From the NCBI GenBank assembly GCA_041485125.1, contig JBGPIT010000003.1:1-46221 (forward strand): a DNA stretch of 46,221 bases, given 5' to 3'. Each line of letters starts with the position of its first letter. Positions within the stretch are counted from its first letter, which is position 1. Below are positions 40,662 through 46,221 of the stretch, piece after piece. Position numbers and translations under genes: made by a program. This DNA is from Candidatus Binatia bacterium (GTDB lineage Bacteria; Desulfobacterota; Binatia; UTPRO1). The notes under the pieces were generated by a model, which saw only the letters and a list, made by a program, of their open reading frames with translations, ran no database searches and was not told the origin of the DNA.

Positions 40662-41885
40662 TCAGCCGCCGCGCGTGTACGCGAGGCTCGCGTACGTCAC
40701 GGCCGACTGCGTCGACGGATCGCAGCTCCGGTCGTAGTGCAGCAGGCGGCCGGCGGCGCCGTCGAGGAGCGCGAGCAGGGTGTACATCGGCGCGAAGCCG
40801 CAGATGCGGGTCCGGTCGCCGTCGGCGGCGAGCTCGCGGTAGAAGCGCTCCGCGTCGCTCGCCTCGAGCGCCACGATGAGGCGACGGTCCTTCGCCTCGG
40901 TCGCGGCGAGGAATCCTTCGGTCAGACCCTCCGTGTCGCCGAACTTGTGTCCGACGTGCGCGAAGTCGACGCCGGCGATGATCGCGGTCGGTACGTCGTC
41001 CTCGGCGAGCGTCGCGCGGAGCGCCTCGACGAAGCCGGCGACGCGCGCGTCGGCGGACGGCGCCTGCCGCGATCGGATCAGCTCGTGGAACGAGCTCACC
41101 AGGATCGGCACGACGCGAAAGGGCCGCCGCTCGCCGAGGACGTGCTGCAACATCACGATCTGGAACTCGACCGCGTGCTCGGTGCGGTGCAGCAGCTCGT
41201 CGCGGTAGAGGTCTTCGGGGACGCGCGCCGCCAAACGCGCGAGGAAGTCGCGGTCGGTCGCGACCGGACCGAGCGGCGTCGCGAAGTCCTTGCGGGTTGC
41301 GGCGAAGAGATGCGTGCCGCCGCAGTGTGCGGTGCCGAGGACGACGAAACGCGACGCCGACGTGCGCTCCGCGACCGTCCGGTAGGCGTGGCCGTAGGCG
41401 GTCCCGCCGACGCGCAAGTCGATGTGGGGTGCGATGACCGCTTCCACCGGCGCGTCGATCGGGCAGGTGCCGATCTCGGTGAAGAAGCCGTCGAGGTGCG
41501 CGCGCAGCGCCTCGGGCTCGGCGGGGTAGCTTCCGCCCGCGTGCGCGGCCGGGCGGAGCGGCGCCGCGTGGTAGGCATCGTCGACGTCGCGCCGGCGTGC
41601 GGCGAACCGTGGCGACTCGAGGTAGTGATGCGCGTCGAGCGTGCTGACGATGGCGCGCACGTCGGCGGCATCGACGATCGTGCCGAACCGCCGCGTGAAG
41701 GCCGCTTGCACGTCGACCATCGTGTGCGCTCCGTCGAGGAGCGTCAGGACGAAGTACGCCGGCAGCGGCACCAGCAAGGGCTCGGCGGCGTATTGCAGCG
41801 GGTCGCGCAGACACACCAGGCGACGGCCGTCGACGTCGACGGGAAAGGCCTCGGCAGGTCGGAGCTTCGGAAGCGGGGAGTCCAT
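40662..41885 (-). CDS. MEMO1-family (AmmeMemoRadiSam protein B) protein with N-terminal extension
   Basis: RPAAHAGGSYP, APHID, GTAH, TPLG, EHAVEFQ, DFAHVG and ICG. Confidence 0.88.
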   Translation of the reverse strand: MDSPLPKLRPAEAFPVDVDGRRLVCLRDPLQYAAEPLLVPLPAYFVLTLLDGAHTMVDVQAAFTRRFGTIVDAADVRAIVSTLDAHHYLESPRFAARRRDVDDAYHAAPLRPAAHAGGSYPAEPEALRAHLDGFFTEIGTCPIDAPVEAVIAPHIDLRVGGTAYGHAYRTVAERTSASRFVVLGTAHCGGTHLFAATRKDFATPLGPVATDRDFLARLAARVPEDLYRDELLHRTEHAVEFQIVMLQHVLGERRPFRVVPILVSSFHELIRSRQAPSADARVAGFVEALRATLAEDDVPTAIIAGVDFAHVGHKFGDTEGLTEGFLAATEAKDRRLIVALEASDAERFYRELAADGDRTRICGFAPMYTLLALLDGAAGRLLHYDRSCDPSTQSAVTYASLAYTRGG

Positions 41886-41923
41886 GGCCGCAGTGGGAGC
41901 CGCATGCTAGGCACAAACCCGTC

Positions 41924-42289
41924 GTGGGACAATCCGGGACGGAGTCGGAGGTCGTGGTCGGATCGGTCGGCGACCTTGCGCCCGGCGAGACGCGAAAGTT
42001 TCTGCTGCCCACCACGGGCGAGCCGGTCGAGGCGTTCGTCGTGAACTTCCGCGGCGAGCTCTACGCGTGGGTGAACCGCTGCCGGCACGTGGCGCTCACC
42101 ATGGACTGGGTCGAGAATCGCTTCCTCGACGAGTCCGGCGAGCTCATCGTCTGCGCCACCCACGGAGCGCTCTACCGTCCCGACAGCGGCGAGTGCATCG
42201 CGGGCCCCCCGCTCGGCCGCATGTTGATCCGCGTTCCACTCCGCATCGACGGCGATCGCCTGATCGCAGCGGTGCCGGACGGGCTGTGA
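41924..42289 (+). CDS. Rieske [2Fe-2S] ferredoxin
   Basis: CRH and CATH ligand boxes, followed by GECIAGP. Confidence 0.92.
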   Translation: MGQSGTESEVVVGSVGDLAPGETRKFLLPTTGEPVEAFVVNFRGELYAWVNRCRHVALTMDWVENRFLDESGELIVCATHGALYRPDSGECIAGPPLGRMLIRVPLRIDGDRLIAAVPDGL

Positions 42290-42338
42290 ATCTACGTTGG
42301 TTGCGTCGCGGCGCGGAAGTGCACGACGCGGGCGCTGA

Positions 42339-42584
42339 TCACTCCGGCTCGTCGCCGAAGTGGGCGCGGATGATGCGCTGCTTCAGGTACTCGAGGGTAC
42401 CGAGGTCCTCCACGATGTCGCCGCCGGTGTCGTAGAAGAAGATCTCGCCGCTCTTGTTCCGGCCCACCGCGACCAGCCACTCGAGCTCGTCCCGGTCCTC
42501 GAGCAGGTAGTTGATGGTCTGCGACACTCCCTTCCCGGAGATGATCGTGACCTTGGCTTTGGCCGTCTTCTCCTCTTTGGGCAT
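42339..42584 (-). CDS. Small hypothetical protein (81 aa)
   Basis: GGAGG RBS before the ATG at 42584, coding-like composition and its own promoter. No family recognised. Confidence 0.75.
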   Translation of the reverse strand: MPKEEKTAKAKVTIISGKGVSQTINYLLEDRDELEWLVAVGRNKSGEIFFYDTGGDIVEDLGTLEYLKQRIIRAHFGDEPE

Positions 42585-42670
42585 CGCATCCACCTCCGCG
42601 TCCCGCGCCGCTCGCACCAGGCCGGGCTGGTTGCGGGACAGGAGCCAAACGTAAATCACTAAGGAAGTCG

Positions 42671-42699
42671 AGAGTATGCGTCGCCAGAATGGCAGTCAA
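42671..42699 (-). promoter_or_regulatory. Putative sigma70 promoter of the small hypothetical gene
   Basis: Minus strand TTGACT-17 nt-TACTCT. Confidence 0.6.
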
Positions 42700-42708
42700 T
42701 AGACTGTT

Positions 42709-43989
42709 CTACGGAGCCGTGCGAACCGCTTCGAGCACGGTCTCGACGTGCTCGGTCTGCGGGAACAGATCGAGGGGCTGGACGCGATCGACGACGTACT
42801 GCGCCGTCGCGAGCGTCCGCACGTCGCGCGCGAGGGTTGCCGGATCGCACGACACGTAGAGGATCCGCGGCGGCCGTAACCGCGCGAGCTGTTGCGCGAC
42901 CTTGCCGGCGCCTCCGCGCGGCGGATCGAGAAGGACGAGGTCGGCACCCGTGTATCCCTGCTGCCGCAGGAAATGCTCCGCGGACGCGGTCTCGAAGCGT
43001 GCCGCCGTGAGGCGACTCGCCGCCGCGCTCGCGACCGCCGCCTCGATTGCGGCGCGCTCCCGATCGATTCCCACGACGGCGGCTCCCGTCGCAGCGAGCG
43101 GCAGGCTCAAGTTGCCGGCGCCGCAGAAGAGGTCGAGGACCTTGCGCGCCGGTGTCGCGAGCTGACGGACGACCTCGACGAGCAGCCGATTCGCGGCGGC
43201 GTTCACCTGGCTGAAGGTCCCGGCGCGCTGGACGAGCTGCGGAGACGCGCCGTGCTCGGCGGTCGTGATGGAGGCATCGCCCCACTCGTGGTGCCAGCCG
43301 CGACCGACGATCCGGACGCCGGCGACGGAGCCGCCGCCCGCCAGCAGCGTCGTGATCGACGTCGCATCGGCAGGGCGAAATGCGCCGCTCGCGCTCATGT
43401 GCACGACGATGCCGCCGCGGCCGTTGGTCGTGAGCTCGACGCTGTCGACCGTCGTGGCGAGCCCGCGCACCAACGCCCGGAGCGCGGGGAGCACCGCCGA
43501 GATCGCCGGCTCCGCGACCACGCAGGCGTCGATCTCGACGACCTCCTGCGAGCGGGGGCGGACGTAGCCGACGCGCCGGTCGTGGTCGACGTGGAGGCGG
43601 ATGCGGTGCCGGTAACGCCATTCGTCGGGCGAGGCGATGATCGGCAGCTCACGCCGTGCCTGGACGCCGGCGATGCGCGCCAGGGCCTCGTGTACGTTCG
43701 CCGCCTTCGCCGCGAGCTGCGCCGCGTAGGTGACGTGCTGCCACGGGCAGCCGCCACAGGAGGCGACCCAGGGGCAAGGCGGCACCCGGTACTCCGCGCC
43801 GGTCGCGAGGCGCTCGACGACCTCGGCGCGCGCGAAGCTGCCGCGATCCTCGACGATCCGCGCGCGGATGCGGTCGCCCGGCGCGGCACCGGCTACGAAG
43901 ATCGCTTGCCCATCGTGGCGCGCGATCGCGTCGGGGCCGTTGGTGAGTGCGAGCACGTCGAGCTCGATCGCGCGGGTCTCGGGGGTCAT
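42709..43989 (-). CDS. rlmD: RlmD/TrmA-family RNA (uracil-5)-methyltransferase
   Basis: TRAM domain, Fe-S motif CPWVASCGGC, FSQVN, DLFCGAGN, LDPPR, catalytic YVSCDP and FPQTEHVE. Confidence 0.88.
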   Translation of the reverse strand: MTPETRAIELDVLALTNGPDAIARHDGQAIFVAGAAPGDRIRARIVEDRGSFARAEVVERLATGAEYRVPPCPWVASCGGCPWQHVTYAAQLAAKAANVHEALARIAGVQARRELPIIASPDEWRYRHRIRLHVDHDRRVGYVRPRSQEVVEIDACVVAEPAISAVLPALRALVRGLATTVDSVELTTNGRGGIVVHMSASGAFRPADATSITTLLAGGGSVAGVRIVGRGWHHEWGDASITTAEHGASPQLVQRAGTFSQVNAAANRLLVEVVRQLATPARKVLDLFCGAGNLSLPLAATGAAVVGIDRERAAIEAAVASAAASRLTAARFETASAEHFLRQQGYTGADLVLLDPPRGGAGKVAQQLARLRPPRILYVSCDPATLARDVRTLATAQYVVDRVQPLDLFPQTEHVETVLEAVRTAP

Positions 43990-44042
43990 GGCGACTCGAA
44001 GCGCCGAGTCTACCATGCCGGCGCGACGTGTGGACCGCCGTG

Positions 44043-44393
44043 TTACTCGGGTCGCGCGGCGCCGGCGTCGTCGTCGGGATGCGGCGTCGCGGCGACCACC
44101 GGCGCGCGGGCGCTCGCGACCGGCTCCGGCCGGCCACGCTGGAGCGAGTCGAAGCGGTCCTGCAGCTCCTCGAAGCGCGACGCCATCTTCTCGGTCACAT
44201 GTGCGACCTCCTCGAGGCGCCGCGTGACGAACGCGCGCTGGTCGTCCGCCTCGCGGATCTTCGCTTCGAGCTCTTGCACGCGCGGGTTCGCCTCGATCAG
44301 GTAGTTGCCCGCGCCCGAGGTGACGAGAAACCCGGTGCCGATCGCGCCGAGGACGAAGCCCAAGAGAAACCCGAACAGCACCTTCAGAATCAT
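44043..44393 (-). CDS. Hypothetical membrane-anchored coiled-coil protein
   Basis: GGAGG RBS, N-terminal hydrophobic helix, then a heptad-like charged segment. Confidence 0.65.
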   Translation of the reverse strand: MILKVLFGFLLGFVLGAIGTGFLVTSGAGNYLIEANPRVQELEAKIREADDQRAFVTRRLEEVAHVTEKMASRFEELQDRFDSLQRGRPEPVASARAPVVAATPHPDDDAGAARPE

Positions 44394-44836
44394 GCGTCTC
44401 CCTCCAGTGGTGTCTGCGCCCGGAGCGCCTGGACCAGCATCCGCGGCCCTGCCGTCCAGCCGTCGGCGGCGAGACGGTCGGCGATCGTCGGCGCGGCGTC
44501 GTCGTCGAGCTGCAGCTCGAGCCGCGTACAGCCCCGCGCGAGCGCGCGTGCGCGCGCGCAATCGACCAGCAGGGACGCGGCGTCCGAAGCGCCGTGCAGC
44601 TGACGGATCACGGCGGTTGGATGCTGCAGACCGCGAGCGTAGGCGATCAGCGCCATCCCGACGAGGGCGCGATCGTCCTCACGCTCGACCAGGTACAGGT
44701 CCTCGCGCAGCGTGGTCACCAATCGGCGGAAGCGCTTGCGATCGGCGCGGGCCGCGGGTGTCCCGGGCGCGAGCAGCGTCCGCACGCGCTCGAAGTCGTC
44801 GCGCCGGGCGCGGCGGACCTTCAGCTCCACTGGCAT
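44390..44836 (-). CDS. Divergent GNAT-fold-like protein
   Basis: VRRARRDDF start and LLVDCARARALARGCTRLEL resemble GNATs, but the acetyl-CoA RxxGxG motif is not evident. ATGA overlap with the next gene. Confidence 0.55.
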   Translation of the reverse strand: MPVELKVRRARRDDFERVRTLLAPGTPAARADRKRFRRLVTTLREDLYLVEREDDRALVGMALIAYARGLQHPTAVIRQLHGASDAASLLVDCARARALARGCTRLELQLDDDAAPTIADRLAADGWTAGPRMLVQALRAQTPLEGDA

Positions 44837-44889
44837 CGCAGCGCGTCTTACCAACTGACGCACGGCCCGGCCAGCCGACCGCGGTGAGA

Positions 44890-44941
44890 GGAGAGAAAAG
44901 CGACCGCCGACTACCAGCCGCGGAAGGCCGGTAGTCGGCGG
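44890..44941 (-). terminator. Probable terminator after the protease gene
   Basis: 12-bp perfect stem (44904-44915/44930-44941) followed on the minus strand by tcgcttttctctc. Confidence 0.6.
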
Positions 44942-44964
44942 GAAGGAAGGAAAGGGCGAGGCGA

Positions 44965-46221
44965 TTACTTCGTCTTCTGCTTGCAGCGGACACGCGTCGC
45001 GCGTGAGTTCATCGAGCAGCCGCTCGCGCTGACGTAGCTGTCGCCGCCGATCAGCAGCTCGATCTCGAGCGCGGGCTCGCGGCCGCCGCTCAAGTCGAGG
45101 CCGTTGGCGGAGGCGGTGAAGTTGTACACGGCGCCGTCGCGCGAGGTGAGCGTCACCGCGGTCAGGCCGCCGAGGACGCCCTGACGGTCGCGATACGCGA
45201 GGCGAGTGCCGCGCTTGTTCGAGACCCAATGACCGCCCGGAACGGTCTGGTGCACCACGACCATCCCGTCGGGGTTCCGTACCGTGATGGTCACGGCGTT
45301 GCCGACGATGTCGGGCAGGGTCATGCGGCCGGTGTGCGACTCGAAGTTGCCGAGCAGGCTGAGCGTGTCTTTGTCGAGGCGCTTGTCGACGTGCAGGCTC
45401 ATGCGCTTCATGTCGAGAAGACCGCACGCATCGGAGGTGCTCTGATCGGCATTGGAGCGCGCGATGCAGTTGTCGCAGGCGTCGCCGATGCCGTCGTCGT
45501 CGAGATCGTTCTGGTCGGCGTTCTGCGTCGTCGGGCAATTGTCGGACACGTCGGGCACGCCGTCGCCGTCCTGATCGGGCGCGGGCGGCGGGGTCGGCTG
45601 CGGGGTCGGAGTCGGGTTCGAGCCGGTCGGGGTCGGGTTCGGATCGCTGCCCTGCTGCGGGTAGATGAAGGTCACGCCCGCGATGTCGTCCGCCTTGAGG
45701 GAGGCGCCACGGCCATCGAAGTGGGCGTAGGCGTACATGGTCGCGGTGGCGTCATCCGAGTGCGCGAGGCCGATGGTGTGGCCGATCTCGTGCGTCGCGA
45801 CCTCCGAGAGGTTGGTCTTGTTCCAGAAGCTGCAGGCCGACCAGCCGTTGTTGAAGACGATGTCGCCCTCGACGATCTGCCGGAAGGAGACGCCGTTCAC
45901 GATCTTGGTCGCGCCGCCGCCGCAGTAGCCGCCGACGGCGAGCACGCCGCCGCAGCCGTTCGGATCCGACACCGAGCTCGAGGGGTCGTTGAAGACGATC
46001 TTGCTGGTGCCGTCGCAGAAGGTTCCCGAGGCGTCGGACAGTCCGGCGACCGCGAGCGTGATCGAGGCGGTCGGCACGTCGGTCCAGGCTTTGAACGCCG
46101 CGGCGATCGCCGCGACCGAGTCGGTGGCCCCGATCTTCGCGTCACCGGTGCCGTCGACGTAGTACTTGACCGGCTTGCCTTCGTCCGGCTCGAACCAGCG
46201 CATGTTGTTGAAGAGCTTGAA
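44965..46221 (-). CDS. Matrixin (M10/metzincin) metalloprotease with Pro-Thr linker and thrombospondin type 3 repeats; 5' end lies outside the window
   Basis: HEIGHTIGLAH, Met-turn ATMY and DQDGDGVPDVSDNCP...DDDGIGDACDNC. The frame is open to the window edge. Confidence 0.9.
   Translation of the reverse strand, partial: FKLFNNMRWFEPDEGKPVKYYVDGTGDAKIGATDSVAAIAAAFKAWTDVPTASITLAVAGLSDASGTFCDGTSKIVFNDPSSSVSDPNGCGGVLAVGGYCGGGATKIVNGVSFRQIVEGDIVFNNGWSACSFWNKTNLSEVATHEIGHTIGLAHSDDATATMYAYAHFDGRGASLKADDIAGVTFIYPQQGSDPNPTPTGSNPTPTPQPTPPPAPDQDGDGVPDVSDNCPTTQNADQNDLDDDGIGDACDNCIARSNADQSTSDACGLLDMKRMSLHVDKRLDKDTLSLLGNFESHTGRMTLPDIVGNAVTITVRNPDGMVVVHQTVPGGHWVSNKRGTRLAYRDRQGVLGGLTAVTLTSRDGAVYNFTASANGLDLSGGREPALEIELLIGGDSYVSASGCSMNSRATRVRCKQKTK

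Noticed and set aside
42600-42645. Resemblance of the leader (CGCAAC...CCTGG) to a SAM-SAH riboswitch
   Set aside because: Loop length and sequence differ, and the downstream gene is not metK. Kept only as an unassigned hairpin.

Overview
A 46-kb, very GC-rich (roughly 70% by eye) bacterial chromosomal window. Gene style and synteny suggest a deltaproteobacterium-like lineage, possibly Candidatus Binatia (inference only). Most of it is housekeeping: pilB, aroE, ppdK, alpha2-type glyQS, recO, grpE-dnaK-dnaJ-thiL, two CNNM/CorC genes, larB, an ABC1 kinase, a GlxA regulator with a DJ-1 partner, thiS-G-E, alr-purH-purD-purE-tsaC, DUF1015, a MoxR/VWA pair, a MEMO1 homologue, a Rieske protein, an RlmD-like methyltransferase and a 5'-truncated matrixin protease. 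The best candidate for an undescribed system is a three-gene operon of secreted proteins (23697-29553): a parallel beta-helix protein, a pentaheme c-type cytochrome and a monoheme/Ig-like cytochrome. All three carry the same tandem Cys-x21-Cys helical domain, and the operon is divergent from a LolA-like gene. Other signals: a 166-bp MITE-like element, a REP-like array downstream of pilB, a doubly frameshifted histidine kinase, and sigma54-like promoters in front of two antisense genes that interrupt usually adjacent gene pairs. No rRNA, tRNA or CRISPR array was seen. All calls were made by eye, with no database searches.
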